Assembly: GCA_902627495.1 (NCBI GenBank)
Contig: CACOJS010000003.1
Coordinates: 42,895-106,894, forward strand
Reading direction: 5' to 3'
Origin: Hydrogenophilales bacterium
GTDB lineage: Bacteria; Pseudomonadota; Gammaproteobacteria; Burkholderiales; Eutrophovitaceae
DNA length: 64,000 nucleotides
Positions 49,071 to 60,117 of this stretch are shown here, in pieces. A model generated the notes under the pieces. It did no database searches. It was not told the DNA's origin and saw only the letters and a list, made by a program, of their open reading frames with translations. The number at the start of each line of letters is the position of its first letter. Position 1 is the stretch's first letter. The translations under genes were made by a program, and so were the position numbers.

Positions 49071-49819
49071 AAGAACCTATGGGTTCATCAAATACCTTAA
49101 AATAAGACTTTAGCTGTAGAAGATCCTTTTTTTACCTTTTGGATTATTAGGACTTTATACTAAAGAAACTGTAGAGGCTTGTGTCGGCCACCTGAAAGAA
49201 TTGTCTAATCGCCTAGAGGGTGGCGACCTTAGTCTTATAAATAAAATTTCGTATCATCTTTTACAAAATAAAGAGGGTTAGCTGAATCTTGCAATTTTTT
49301 TCAATTTCAATTGGGTGGCTGATATTAAAATTTTAACAATTAATTTTATCTCCGCTGTAAGATGGTGGCAAAACTTGAGTTTTTTTTGTAGTTTGATCGT
49401 TCAAGTACTTTTATTTATTCATTCTCTTTATGCCAAAGCATAGCTACAGTAAGGAGTAGTAACCCAGTGGATCGTGATTTGATTAATCATAGTACTTTGT
49501 ATTTATATGAAACCTATTTTGCTATTGGTTAATCTATTTTTGTGTTTGCCTAAAAGAAAACTATAGAAAGGGGGTAAAAAAACTTAGTTGCCTGAACACT
49601 CATTGGCGTGGGAAGGAAGGGTATAGCACATGTCTATTGGTCTCGGATATTAGACCATTTCTAAATGTTGAAAAAATGATCATGATGATTCTAAGTTACG
49701 AATAGTTTAGTATGAAAGTAATTTCCCTTGGGGTTTTCGACTTTATTGAAAAAATTAGTAAAGTTAGGTATTACAGGTAATGATAAAATTGAACCTTAAA
49801 TAATTTCTATCGACTTTTT

Positions 49820-50875
49820 ATGGCTAATAGATCAAAAATTGACGATTTGCGGATAGTTGGATACGAGTCATTAATTTCTCCTAAAGTATTGATTAAAAAT
49901 TTTCCCACTAGTGATCCTGCAAGAGAAAAAATTAGACGACACAGGAGTGATATAAGCGAAGCGTTGCATTATCGAGAAGATCAAATGATTGTTGTAGTCG
50001 GTCCCTGCTCAATACATGATGTGGTCGCTGCAAAAGAATACGCCAGGAGGCTTGCCAATCTTCGAGATAGCTTATCAGAACGATTAAAAATCGTTATGAG
50101 AGTTTACTTTGAAAAGCCTAGAACTACCATAGGTTGGAAGGGCTTGATAAATGACCCAACACTAGATCAAAAGTATCGTATCAATGATGGGCTTAGGATG
50201 GCTAGGGAATTCCTACTTTTTCTAGCTGATATCGACATTCCGGCAGGCTGTGAATTTCTTGACACTATAACTCCCCAATATATTGCTGATTTAGTGAGCT
50301 GGGGAGCAATTGGGGCGAGGACTACTGAATCCCAGGTTCATAGAGAGTTGGCTAGTGGTTTATCGTGCCCCGTCGGTTTTAAAAACGGTACTAATGGGCA
50401 GCTGGGGATAGCCATGGATGCCATTAAAGCTGCCTCCCATAAACATCATTTTTTGTCTGTTACAAAGGAGGGTAATGCTGCAATTGTCGAGACAGCTGGT
50501 AACCAAGATTGTCACCTTATATTGCGGGGATCAGATAAAGGGCCTAATTTTGGGGCAGAAAATATCGAATGTGCGATCAATATGTTGCGAGAATCCAGGC
50601 TTAGAACTCGAATCATGATAGATTGTAGTCACGGCAACTCTGGTAAAAATTTTCGATTACAGGGAGACATCTTTAGAAGCCTGATTAATCAATATATATG
50701 CGGCAATAGTAGTATCTTTGGCCTGATGTTGGAGAGTCATTTGGTTGAGGGCAGTCAATCACTCGGCAAACCCGAGACCTTAGTCTATGGAAAATCGATT
50801 ACTGACTCTTGCATTGGTTGGGACGAGACTGCGGAGCTTTTGCAGTTTCTATCACTGAAACTGGATAAGAAGTGA
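49820..50875 (+). CDS. aroG: Class I DAHP synthase
   Basis: GPCSIHD, MRVYFEKPRTTIGWKG, IGARTTESQVHRE, DCSHGNS, SITDSC. Feedback isoform not resolved. Confidence 0.93.
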   Translation: MANRSKIDDLRIVGYESLISPKVLIKNFPTSDPAREKIRRHRSDISEALHYREDQMIVVVGPCSIHDVVAAKEYARRLANLRDSLSERLKIVMRVYFEKPRTTIGWKGLINDPTLDQKYRINDGLRMAREFLLFLADIDIPAGCEFLDTITPQYIADLVSWGAIGARTTESQVHRELASGLSCPVGFKNGTNGQLGIAMDAIKAASHKHHFLSVTKEGNAAIVETAGNQDCHLILRGSDKGPNFGAENIECAINMLRESRLRTRIMIDCSHGNSGKNFRLQGDIFRSLINQYICGNSSIFGLMLESHLVEGSQSLGKPETLVYGKSITDSCIGWDETAELLQFLSLKLDKK

Positions 50876-51076
50876 TAGCTGATGATAGTAATTTTAGCAA
50901 CCCATAATGGGAAGTTTGGCTTGTCGAAGGGCGATTAATACGACTTATAATTTTCTCGAGACTCTGGAGATCAGCGTTATAGGGACAGAAAAATTAGTCA
51001 GTGAGACTACAAATGGTGTGTGGGAAATAACCAGAAAGAGGAAACTTCATAATTTCAAAGAAGAATAGGAGGTAAC

Positions 51077-51889
51077 ATGCAAACTAAGGTTGATACTGGG
51101 ACAAATGAATTGCTTTGTGAAATATCGGATAGGATCTGTCATGTAACACTAAATCGGCCTGATAAAAAAAATGCCTTATCGAGATCTCTCACACCAGCTA
51201 TTAGAAAGATTTTGGCAGACATGGAGAAGAATAAGGCCGTGAAGTGTATCATTATATCTGGTGCGGGTGATGCTTTCTGTGCTGGCGGTGATATAGGTGG
51301 TATGAATGAAAATGCTAGTAAAGGTGAACTTGACTTTGATTTCCTCACTAACGATCTTATAAAAAAACAGGAGGAATTAACTCTGAGGCTTTATGAACTA
51401 CCTATTCCTACTATTGCTGTAATACCTGGTCCAGCTGCTGGTGCTGGACTGTGTCTAGCTCTAGCATGCGATTTCCGATTTATGGCGTCATCAACATTTT
51501 TAACGACAGCTTATAGAAATATAGCGTTATCTGGAGATTATGGAGGCACTTGGTTACTACCCAGATTGGTTGGGATGTCAAGGGCGAAGGACTTGTTTTT
51601 TACAGGTAGGAGAGTTGGTGCCAAAGAATCCTATGAATTAGGACTGATAGACCGTGTGTATGAGAAAGATATTTTGATGTCGGAAGCAAAGAAATTTGCT
51701 GAAACATTGGCCGCGGGACCAAGACTTGCGGTTGCTCGGATGAAAAAAAACATAAATGATTCGCAAAATTTAAATATAAAAGACAGCATGAGGGTAGAGG
51801 CGATCAACCTAATAAAATGTATGGATGAGACAGATCATAAGGAGGCAGTTAAAGCGTTTTTGGAGAAAAAATCCCCAACGTTCGCCTAG
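51077..51889 (+). CDS. Enoyl-CoA hydratase/isomerase (crotonase) family
   Basis: LNRPDKKNAL, AFCAGGD, GPAAGAG..LALACD, DHKEAVKAFLEK. Confidence 0.92.
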   Translation: MQTKVDTGTNELLCEISDRICHVTLNRPDKKNALSRSLTPAIRKILADMEKNKAVKCIIISGAGDAFCAGGDIGGMNENASKGELDFDFLTNDLIKKQEELTLRLYELPIPTIAVIPGPAAGAGLCLALACDFRFMASSTFLTTAYRNIALSGDYGGTWLLPRLVGMSRAKDLFFTGRRVGAKESYELGLIDRVYEKDILMSEAKKFAETLAAGPRLAVARMKKNINDSQNLNIKDSMRVEAINLIKCMDETDHKEAVKAFLEKKSPTFA

Positions 51890-51989
51890 GACAGACAATT
51901 GAGCATTACCTTTCAATTGGATGGTGGTCAGTTTGAGTAGACTAGAATTCGTTAGTGGTTAGATACAAGAATTCTTTTGCTTTGATTTA

Positions 51990-53309
51990 TTAACTATAGT
52001 TATTTTTTTTTCGTAAATCTATGACTCGCACAGCTTTGCCTGCAGATCTTGTGACACTTCCGGGACTGCCAATATTAACGTCGACAGTAACACCCAAATG
52101 TGATTTTATGTTGTCCGCGAGTTTTTTTTTGATTTCAGACACCCATACATCCTGGTAATGATCGGCATGTGGTTCCGTTAAGAGTATTAGTTTATCTAAA
52201 CGGCCCTCAGTACTAAGTTTTATTTGGAAATGAGGACTAAGTTGGGAAATTTTTAAGATTTGTTCTTCAATTTGCGATGGAAAAATGTTAACACCTCTCA
52301 AAATAATCATATCATCGGTTCTACCAGCGATTTTATCCATGCGCCTCATTGTTCGTGCTGTTCCAGGCAACAGTTTTGTTAAGTCTCTCGTTCTATAGCG
52401 AATTATAGGGAATCCCTCTTTAGTAAGAGATGTAAAAACCAGTTCACCAGTTTCATTTTCCTTCAATGGTAACTTAGATTCAGGTTGAATAATTTCTGGA
52501 AAGAAATGATCTTCCCAAATATGTAACCCATCTTTTGACTCAATGCATTCATTGGCAACGCCTGGTCCCAGTACCTCTGATAGACCATATATATCTATTG
52601 CATGAATATTAAACTCGTTTTCAATTTCTTCTCGCATTGAGTTAGTCCAAGGTTCAGCCCCGAAAATTCCCACCTCTAAGGACGTAGACCTTGGATCTAC
52701 ACCTTGATTTCTAAATTCATCAAGGATGGTTAGAAAGTATGATGGAGTCACAGTAATTCCTCTAGCACCAAAGTCCCTGATCAGTTGCACCTGTCTGGCT
52801 GTCATTCCCCCTGATATTGGCACCACCGTTAATCCCATTTTCTCAGCCCCCCCATGAATACCAAGCCCTCCCGTGAATAGACCGTATCCATATGAGTTGT
52901 GGATAATATCTCCGGGGCGCATCCCGGAAGCCCGAAGGCATCTTTGAATAAGATTTGCCCACATCTCTAGGTCATTTTTTGTGTAGCCCACGACGGTCGG
53001 TTTGCCAGTTGTGCCTGACGACGCATGTACACGAGAAATTTTTTCGCGAGGCACAGCAAACATTTTAAAAGGATAGTTGTCTCTTAGATCACTTTTTGTA
53101 GTAAACGGAAACTTTTGTAGATCTTCTAAATCTTTTAAGTCAGTAGGATGTACACCGATTTTATCAAAGTTGTTTTTATAGAATTCAACATTTTGATATG
53201 CATGATTTAATGTCCATTTCAGTCTATTTAATTGGAGAGAGCATATCTCGTCTCTCGATGCAATTTCTATGGGGTCTAACTCCAGTTTACTAGGGGCTAG
53301 TGATTTCAT
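51990..53309 (-). CDS. paaK: Phenylacetate--CoA ligase
   Basis: DLRDNYPF, HASSGTTGKPTVVGYT, YGYGLFTGGLG, DIYGLSEVLGPGVA, RYRTRDLT. Confidence 0.96.
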   Translation of the reverse strand: MKSLAPSKLELDPIEIASRDEICSLQLNRLKWTLNHAYQNVEFYKNNFDKIGVHPTDLKDLEDLQKFPFTTKSDLRDNYPFKMFAVPREKISRVHASSGTTGKPTVVGYTKNDLEMWANLIQRCLRASGMRPGDIIHNSYGYGLFTGGLGIHGGAEKMGLTVVPISGGMTARQVQLIRDFGARGITVTPSYFLTILDEFRNQGVDPRSTSLEVGIFGAEPWTNSMREEIENEFNIHAIDIYGLSEVLGPGVANECIESKDGLHIWEDHFFPEIIQPESKLPLKENETGELVFTSLTKEGFPIIRYRTRDLTKLLPGTARTMRRMDKIAGRTDDMIILRGVNIFPSQIEEQILKISQLSPHFQIKLSTEGRLDKLILLTEPHADHYQDVWVSEIKKKLADNIKSHLGVTVDVNIGSPGSVTRSAGKAVRVIDLRKKNNYS

Positions 53310-53344
53310 GTTTTTGAGTCTCGATTTATAAAATCTTTAGTAAT

Positions 53345-53773
53345 TTAAGATTCATCAAAGTGCTTACCTGCTATTGTTCGAGAGAATCCTTTAAAAAAAG
53401 CAATCATTTCCCCATCTGGATTGCTAACTCTCACAAGATATATGCCTGTTTTCCCAACTAGGCTAGCTTCCTCAGCAGTTGCAATCAAGTTTTGATTAAG
53501 TTTTCCCGGCAGTATGTAAGAAATACAGTTGTTTTGCGATAAAGCTAGTTGATTGTAACTATTGCAAGCAAAGGCGAAAGCAGTATCTGCGAGGGTGAAG
53601 ATTATTCCGCCATGACATATTCCATGACCATTAAGATGTTTTTTCTCAACGACTAGCGATAAACGAGAAAAACCGGGACCAACTTCTTGCATTTTTATTC
53701 CTATATTTTGTGACGCATGGTCTTTTTTCCACATAATCTCAGCAACCTTTTTAGCTCTCAGGTCTGGTGTCAT
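53345..53773 (-). CDS. paaI: Phenylacetyl-CoA thioesterase PaaI
   Basis: NGHGICHGGIIFTLADTAFAFACNS; start ATG 53773. Confidence 0.93.
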   Translation of the reverse strand: MTPDLRAKKVAEIMWKKDHASQNIGIKMQEVGPGFSRLSLVVEKKHLNGHGICHGGIIFTLADTAFAFACNSYNQLALSQNNCISYILPGKLNQNLIATAEEASLVGKTGIYLVRVSNPDGEMIAFFKGFSRTIAGKHFDES

Positions 53774-53872
53774 TTTATTTTCATCTCCGCTAGAAATTGA
53801 GTACAGTTCGAGTGACAAAGTTGATTTTAGTATATATATTATAGATAGTCATAATATCGGTTTGTAAATAGC

Positions 53873-54838
53873 ATGTCAGAAAAAAAATTAGATTTGTTTG
53901 AACAAAAAATTGCTCGTGAAGAAAAAATAGAACCCAACGAGTTTATGCCAGATGACTATCGTAGAACTTTGATCAGGCAGATAAGTCAGCATGCTCACTC
54001 GGAGGTTGTTGGAATGTTGCCAGAAGGAAACTGGATCACGAGAGCACCAACTCTGAAGAGGAAGCTGGGGCTTTTAGCAAAAGTACAAGACGAAGGTGGC
54101 CATGGGTTGTATTTATATTGTGCTGCGGAGACATTAGGAATAACTCGGTCGGAAATGAATCAACAGTTGTTAACAGGCAAAGCTAAGTATTCCTCTATAT
54201 TTAATTACCCTACGCCAACATGGGCAGATATCGGTGCGATTGGTTGGCTAGTTGACGGTGCCGCGATAATGAACCAAATACCGTTGTGTCGGTGTTCTTT
54301 TGGGCCCTACGCCAGGGCAATGGTTAGAATTTGTAAAGAAGAAAGCTTTCACCAGAGACAAGGCTTTGAAATTATGATGACTTTATCTTTTGGCACCAAA
54401 GATCAAAGAGATATGGCTCAAAGTGCTCTGGATCGTTGGTGGTGGCCAGCTTTAATGATGTTTGGTCCAAGTGACAAGGATAGTCTCAATACTAACAAAT
54501 CAGTTAAGTGGAAAATTAAAAGATTTACAAACGATCAACTAAGAAATAAATTTGTTGATGCCATGGTTCCACAGGCAAAAAAATTAAGGTTAACGATACC
54601 TGATAAAAAGCTGAGTTGGAATCAGAATAATAATAATGGTAAGGGAGGTTACGACTTTGGGGAAATCGATTGGGATGAATTTAAGCGAGTGATAAATGGT
54701 GATGGGCCTATGAATAGAGAAAGAATTGCTGCGAAGAAAAGTGCTTGGGAGGAGGGGGCTTGGGTACGGCGGGCTACTGCTGCATATGCCGCAAGAGGCA
54801 CTACGTCGAGTACCAGTACGTCGAAAGGTGTGCTCTAA
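53873..54838 (+). CDS. paaA: Phenylacetyl-CoA epoxidase subunit A
   Basis: [38 protein letters not shown] diiron motifs. Confidence 0.97.
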   Translation: MSEKKLDLFEQKIAREEKIEPNEFMPDDYRRTLIRQISQHAHSEVVGMLPEGNWITRAPTLKRKLGLLAKVQDEGGHGLYLYCAAETLGITRSEMNQQLLTGKAKYSSIFNYPTPTWADIGAIGWLVDGAAIMNQIPLCRCSFGPYARAMVRICKEESFHQRQGFEIMMTLSFGTKDQRDMAQSALDRWWWPALMMFGPSDKDSLNTNKSVKWKIKRFTNDQLRNKFVDAMVPQAKKLRLTIPDKKLSWNQNNNNGKGGYDFGEIDWDEFKRVINGDGPMNRERIAAKKSAWEEGAWVRRATAAYAARGTTSSTSTSKGVL

Positions 54839-54839
54839 A

Positions 54840-55130
54840 GTGGCAGGTCAATCTGGAGAAGAAATAGTTTGGGAAGTCTTTGTAAGACCTAAAAATGGCC
54901 TTGGCCATAAGCACTGCGGCTCGGTACATGCATGTGATAAAGATATGGCCTTGCTTGCCGCTCGTGATGTTTACACTCGAAGGGGAGAGGGCGATTCTAT
55001 TTGGGTGGTAAAGTCAACTGATATTGTATCCTCAAACCCGACGTATAAAGATAATTTCGTAGGATCAGGTGAAAAAAATTATAGGTATCCGGCTTTCTAC
55101 GACGTACCGAATGATGTGGAGAATATCTAG
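54840..55130 (+). CDS. paaB: Phenylacetyl-CoA epoxidase subunit B
   Basis: WEVFVR..GL.HKHCGSVHA.D..MAL..ARDVYTRR.EG.SIWVV; start moved to GTG 54840. Confidence 0.95.
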   Translation: MAGQSGEEIVWEVFVRPKNGLGHKHCGSVHACDKDMALLAARDVYTRRGEGDSIWVVKSTDIVSSNPTYKDNFVGSGEKNYRYPAFYDVPNDVENI

Positions 55131-55897
55131 TGAGTAGTCAGGATCAAGCTCTTCTCTTCGAGGTTCTGTTGAGATTAGCGGATGATAACTTCATACTTGG
55201 CCATAGAATTTCGGAATGGTGTGGTCATGCTCCTACCTTGGAGGAGGATTTGGCACTCCCTAATATCGCACTTGATTTAATAGGTCATGCCCAAGTGTTA
55301 TATCAGATGGCGAGCAAAGTGGATGTGGCTAAAAGGGATGAAGATCAATTGGCATTCCTGCGGCTTGAGCATGAGTACAAAAATGTACTTCTTGTAGAGC
55401 AAGAAAATGGGCATTTTGGAGACACTATTTTAAGATTATTTTATTTTTCTGTTTTTATGAAATTATTATGGAAAAGAACGAAAGAGGTTACGTCATTTGA
55501 TGAACTTAAGTTTTTCGCTGAAAAAGCATATAACGAGATGGTATATCACGTCAGATATTCCAGTGAATGGGTACGGAGGTTGGGTATAGGTACTCATGAG
55601 AGTAATTGTAGAATGCTGGGTTCAGTTCATAACCTGGCTCCGTTTGTTGGTGAGTTGTTTCTGGTGGACAGTTTTGATAGGGAGGCACAAGAAAAGAAAA
55701 TATTACCAAATATTGCAACCTTCTTAGAAGATTGGAAAAAAGAAATTTTTGAAGTTTTTAATAAGAGTAATCTGAGGCTCGGTGTCGTTGCTCTTGAAAA
55801 ACAGGGGGGACGCTTGGGAAATCATACGGAGACGTTTGGGTACTTATTGGCTGAATTGCAGTATTTGCAGAGAACATTCCCAGGGGCAAAATGGTGA
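55130..55897 (+). CDS. paaC: Phenylacetyl-CoA epoxidase subunit C
   Basis: LADDNFILGHRISEWCGHAPTLEEDLA, HTE..GYLLAELQYLQR.FPGAKW. Confidence 0.96.
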   Translation: MSSQDQALLFEVLLRLADDNFILGHRISEWCGHAPTLEEDLALPNIALDLIGHAQVLYQMASKVDVAKRDEDQLAFLRLEHEYKNVLLVEQENGHFGDTILRLFYFSVFMKLLWKRTKEVTSFDELKFFAEKAYNEMVYHVRYSSEWVRRLGIGTHESNCRMLGSVHNLAPFVGELFLVDSFDREAQEKKILPNIATFLEDWKKEIFEVFNKSNLRLGVVALEKQGGRLGNHTETFGYLLAELQYLQRTFPGAKW

Positions 55898-56385
55898 AGG
55901 CAAACTGGAAATTAAACAACGCATGGGAAGTGATTAGACATATTGCTGACCCCGAACTGCCCTTTTTGACTCTAGAGGATTTGGGGGTGGTAAGGGGTAT
56001 CACGTCAGATTCGTCTGGATTATTGTACATAGAGATAACCCCAACCTACATCGGATGTCCGGGGATGACTGTTGTTCAAGAGACAATACAAAGTGAGTTG
56101 AAAAATAAGGGGTATAAAAGCACGGTAACAAGATCTTTTTCACCTCCCTGGACCACTGACTGGATTACCGAAAAAGGTAGACAGAAGTTAGAAAGTGCTG
56201 GCATCTCTCCACCGCAACCAAAACGAATTGGTGGAACGATCATTAATGAGCGAAATCCGATAACGTGTGTTAGGTGCGGCTCAATGGAAACTGAGAAAAT
56301 TTCTGAATTTGGTGCGTCGGCCTGTAAAGCACTTTATCGTTGCTTATCATGTGGCGAGCCTTTTGACCACTTCAAATGCATATAA
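55891..56385 (+). CDS. paaD: Phenylacetyl-CoA epoxidase subunit D (PaaJ in older nomenclature)
   Basis: DPELP, ITPTYIGCP, PWTTDWIT, C..CGS...FGASACKALYRC..CGEPFDHFKCI. Confidence 0.95.
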   Translation: MVKANWKLNNAWEVIRHIADPELPFLTLEDLGVVRGITSDSSGLLYIEITPTYIGCPGMTVVQETIQSELKNKGYKSTVTRSFSPPWTTDWITEKGRQKLESAGISPPQPKRIGGTIINERNPITCVRCGSMETEKISEFGASACKALYRCLSCGEPFDHFKCI

Positions 56386-56390
56386 TGTAG

Positions 56391-57461
56391 ATGGCTTCAG
56401 AAGAGTTTTTCAAGTTAGGTATCCAGTCACTATCCAACGATACAAGAGATAGTACTAGGGTTTCACTGAAAGTACCCCCTAAGAATCGAGGAGATTTTCT
56501 CTTTAGGCCTGGTCAGTACATAAATATTAAGTTTCATAAGGGCGACTGTTCATACTTAAGGACGTATTCAATATGTTCATCTGACACAGGCGAAAATCTA
56601 GAATTTGCAGCTAAACATATAGAAAATGGAGTTTTTTCCGAATATATAAAAGAAAAAAAAATTGGTGATACCCTCAGTATTTCTCGACCAGCAGGTCATT
56701 TTGTTGTTTCTGAAATAAAAAGTAGTTGTCTTCTGCTCATAGCTGCGGGTTCAGGAATTACCCCAATTATATCCATTGCTAAGTCCTTTCTTGAGAGTAA
56801 TCAAAGAAACAAAGTTATCTTGCTTTTCTGTAATAAAAAATATGAAACCATGATGTTTCGGGAAGACGTTCAAGATCTAAAAGATTCCTATATCTCAAGA
56901 TTCCTAGTATTTAATTTTTTTACTCAGGAATATCAGGAGACAGAGTTCCTTAACGGTAGGATTAATGCCTCGAAAATCGAATTTCTGATCGAAAAAAAGA
57001 TAATTAACGTTGGACATATTGATGAAGTTTTTATATGTGGTCCTCTTGATATGACTAAAATTTTAGCTCAGACATTGGAAAGAGTTGGCTTCAAGAAATA
57101 TCAAGTTAGATCTGAAATATTTTTTGCGGAAAATAGAGCTCCTATTCGAGCGGAATTAACTAGTGGCCACTATACTGGGGAAAGTAGTGTTATTGAGATC
57201 AGGCTGGATGGAGTCAGGAAGTTTGTATCCCTAGCCCAGGGAGGTGATTTAATAGATTCTGCAAAAGCAGCGGGAATTATTTTACCCTTCGCTTGTAAAA
57301 ATGGCATGTGTGCAACTTGTCGCTGTAAAGTATTGTCAGGAAAAGTACAAATGCACCAGAACTTTTCATTGGAAGATTGGGAGTTAAAAAAGGGATATAT
57401 ATTGTCATGTCAACTTCAAGCAATAGACGACAAGGTAATCCTTGATTTCGATAATATCTAA
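56391..57461 (+). CDS. paaE: Phenylacetyl-CoA epoxidase reductase subunit E (FAD/NAD, 2Fe-2S)
   Basis: PGQY, RTYSICS, AAGSGITP, FICGP, PFACKNGMCATCRC...LSCQ. Confidence 0.93.
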   Translation: MASEEFFKLGIQSLSNDTRDSTRVSLKVPPKNRGDFLFRPGQYINIKFHKGDCSYLRTYSICSSDTGENLEFAAKHIENGVFSEYIKEKKIGDTLSISRPAGHFVVSEIKSSCLLLIAAGSGITPIISIAKSFLESNQRNKVILLFCNKKYETMMFREDVQDLKDSYISRFLVFNFFTQEYQETEFLNGRINASKIEFLIEKKIINVGHIDEVFICGPLDMTKILAQTLERVGFKKYQVRSEIFFAENRAPIRAELTSGHYTGESSVIEIRLDGVRKFVSLAQGGDLIDSAKAAGIILPFACKNGMCATCRCKVLSGKVQMHQNFSLEDWELKKGYILSCQLQAIDDKVILDFDNI

Positions 57462-57568
57462 GAGTGGAAAAAAAATCATATGCCTTTATATAAAAATATT
57501 CTAGGTACTAAGTTATCTCGACGTTGACAGATTTTTCTATTTGGTTTCTAAAAATAAAGAGGAAATTT

Positions 57569-57730
57569 ATGAGTAACGGGTATGAATTCACTGTTCTTTA
57601 TGTACTGGAGGGAACTTCTATGGATCATGTAGAACAGCACAGCCAGGATGGTTGGGAGATTAAAGCGGTTACTGCCCATCCGGACTCAGAGCATGACTTT
57701 AGAATTTGGATGCAAAGAGAAAAACAATAA
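57569..57730 (+). CDS. Small hypothetical protein (DUF4177-like)
   Basis: AGAGG RBS before ATG 57569; YEF...QDGWEI.AV....WMQRE pattern. Confidence 0.55.
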   Translation: MSNGYEFTVLYVLEGTSMDHVEQHSQDGWEIKAVTAHPDSEHDFRIWMQREKQ

Positions 57731-57772
57731 CCCATATTGACTGTAACCTTAAAGCTAAAGTTATTGCCTCGA

Positions 57773-58072
57773 CTAGCTCTCGCCACAATTCCAGCAAAGT
57801 TCAAAGTTGGATGGCATTGATTCCCCACATTTGGAACAATTTGTATCAGGGTAGTTAGAGCCTTTCACGAATGAGTCTATTAGTTTTCTCGCACGCAGCA
57901 AATCTTCTTCCTTGGCCAGCCATATCTCCGGGTAAGTCTGAATAAATGGAAGTTCCCCCATAGCTCCAATGGCGTGTTCGTTCATAATTTTGTTTTCTAT
58001 ATTTGATGCGTCAAGAAGGTCTTTTATTATTTTCGCTTCAATAATATTCTGTGCCAAGTAAACTAGATTCAT
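57773..58072 (-). CDS. DUF2007 domain protein with C-terminal zinc ribbon
   Basis: EA.IIKDLL...I, GELPF..YPEIW, CSKCGE....FELCWNCG. Confidence 0.85.
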   Translation of the reverse strand: MNLVYLAQNIIEAKIIKDLLDASNIENKIMNEHAIGAMGELPFIQTYPEIWLAKEEDLLRARKLIDSFVKGSNYPDTNCSKCGESMPSNFELCWNCGES

Positions 58073-58391
58073 TTTTTCTCTTTACGTTCTTAACATGGGG
58101 AGGTTAACTTAGACAGAAAGTTATTTCAATTTATTTAAATCTTATCATTCTGTTAGTATAGGGCGTTTACTCAGTGCGATATAAACTAGCTTTGATAATC
58201 GAAAGACCTGTTTCAATTAGAAGCCGCATCATATTGACCATCAGTGATTTTGACATTGTGATTAGTTTTTTTGTTTGACGTTAAGAGTTTTCTTTTAGAA
58301 AAAAATTGTTCAATTTGGTAGGCACTAGAATATAAATTAGTAGTGGAAAATTTAAATAAAAAATTATAAGTAATAAATAACTGGGGGTATC

Positions 58392-59162
58392 ATGAGCAGT
58401 ATTGGTAGACCAGCCTTGTTTGTTCTTTTAGCGAGTTTAATCCAGTGCTTTTATGTATTGGCTGAGGAAGTTAATCAGGAAACTTCAGATCTTGTTCGTA
58501 TGCATGATATGGGTGTAGTGGTGGCAATTGGAAATTTTTATCTAAAACAGGAAACTCTTCTAGCTGTCAGAGCTACCTTGACAAACTTGGGTAGAGATGA
58601 AAAATTGGGAAGCGATTGGATGAATACTAATACTCATTGGAAAAAAGCTGAAGAGATGCTGGTAGGGTTTTTAATGGCTGAATATAAATCAGAGTTCCAA
58701 AATTTGAGTTGGCTCTATGGCCTTTGGGGTTCATTAGTTCTGGAGAAGTTCGATGAAGCCGAGGTTGATTATTTGATGCACCATTTTCAATCAGATGTAG
58801 GGGAAAGCCAAATATCAATTATTGATCATCAGATTGCAAGCCATGTCCAGAATTCCTTTTCTTTATCCGGTAAGTTTAAATTCCTATCGGGTACAGATGA
58901 TGAGCTGAAAGTCTATCAGAGATTATTTTCTGAATCACGAAATAAAGCTGGTTTTGCAATCGATAATACAGAAAATGCAGCGGGACAGGCTTTTGCTCTC
59001 TCAGAGATTGGGAAGCGATATTTTGTGATGTCAGTACTTCAGGTGGTAGGGTTAATAAATAACCGCCTGTATAAACTCGCTGACAAAGCTCAATCTAAAG
59101 TTAGCCGCTATCTGGTAGAAATTGACCCGATAATTAAGCAATTTAAAATTCAGCATCTTTAA
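58392..59162 (+). CDS. Exported hypothetical protein, paralog of 17633-18496
   Basis: Signal peptide (VLA|EE); colinear similarity to the islet protein. Confidence 0.8.
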   Translation: MSSIGRPALFVLLASLIQCFYVLAEEVNQETSDLVRMHDMGVVVAIGNFYLKQETLLAVRATLTNLGRDEKLGSDWMNTNTHWKKAEEMLVGFLMAEYKSEFQNLSWLYGLWGSLVLEKFDEAEVDYLMHHFQSDVGESQISIIDHQIASHVQNSFSLSGKFKFLSGTDDELKVYQRLFSESRNKAGFAIDNTENAAGQAFALSEIGKRYFVMSVLQVVGLINNRLYKLADKAQSKVSRYLVEIDPIIKQFKIQHL

Positions 59163-59184
59163 GAATGCGAATTTTTTTATTCCT

Positions 59185-59796
59185 TTAGTTCATTTCAATT
59201 GCAGTTTTGAAAGCGGGACGGTTGCTGATTCGATCAACATATTGTTTTAGCTCTGCCATTTCATCGCCAATGCCACCCAGTTTGGTCGCCATGTAGCAAG
59301 CATGCCCTAGCATAATATCAGCTGCGGAAAAACTTCCAATTAAGTAATCTTTCCCCTTCAAGTTTTCGTTGATAGGTGCCAGTGACTTTTTTAATAATCT
59401 TTGAGCTTGACTTAGAACAGTTTCATCTCGACGGTCCGCTGGTAATATGATGGTGTGGACGACAATGGTATTCATCGGGGGCATAACCATACCTTCTGTG
59501 TAGTGAAACCACTGTAAATAGTATGGGAACTCTTCGCTGTTTGTATCTGGCTTCAGCCGATCTTTCTTGTGACGTTCGAGAACATATTCAACAATAGCTC
59601 CAGATTCGTATATGGTAATATCACCATCTTCTAGTACTGGGATTCGTCCGAGAGGGTGTCTTTTTCTGTGTTCATCAGTTTTTAATTCTCTCGGGTGAAA
59701 AGCCATTTTATTTATGTCATAAGGCAATGAAAGTTCCTCAAGAAGCCATATTATTCGTCCAGCTCTCGAGTTAGGTGCGAAATGAAGTTTTAACAT
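59185..59796 (-). CDS. Glutathione S-transferase family protein
   Basis: PNSRA.RIIWLLEEL, HPLGRIPVLEDG..IYESGAI, FSAADIM. Confidence 0.93.
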   Translation of the reverse strand: MLKLHFAPNSRAGRIIWLLEELSLPYDINKMAFHPRELKTDEHRKRHPLGRIPVLEDGDITIYESGAIVEYVLERHKKDRLKPDTNSEEFPYYLQWFHYTEGMVMPPMNTIVVHTIILPADRRDETVLSQAQRLLKKSLAPINENLKGKDYLIGSFSAADIMLGHACYMATKLGGIGDEMAELKQYVDRISNRPAFKTAIEMN

Positions 59797-60117
59797 GTTA
59801 TGAGATCACCTTTAAGTTGATTATATGTGCAGAAATTAATGTTCTTCACAATTTCCGGATGTTACTGTATACCATATGACGTTTACTTGTTTAAATTAAT
59901 CACAATAATTTTTTTCTATTGATCAAGCAGCCATTTCATTTATGGTGCTGATTACAGTGCCCCATTTTTTTTGACAGGTTTCTAAAAGGTTTGATCGATC
60001 TTAGCCGTGATACTCAAGTTTTACAAAAGTAGCAAACCCTCTTCAAACCTATTATCATAGGATGTATAAAAAGGGGTATAACTCATATGTTGTTCTAAAG
60101 ATTTAAAGGAGAAAGCC

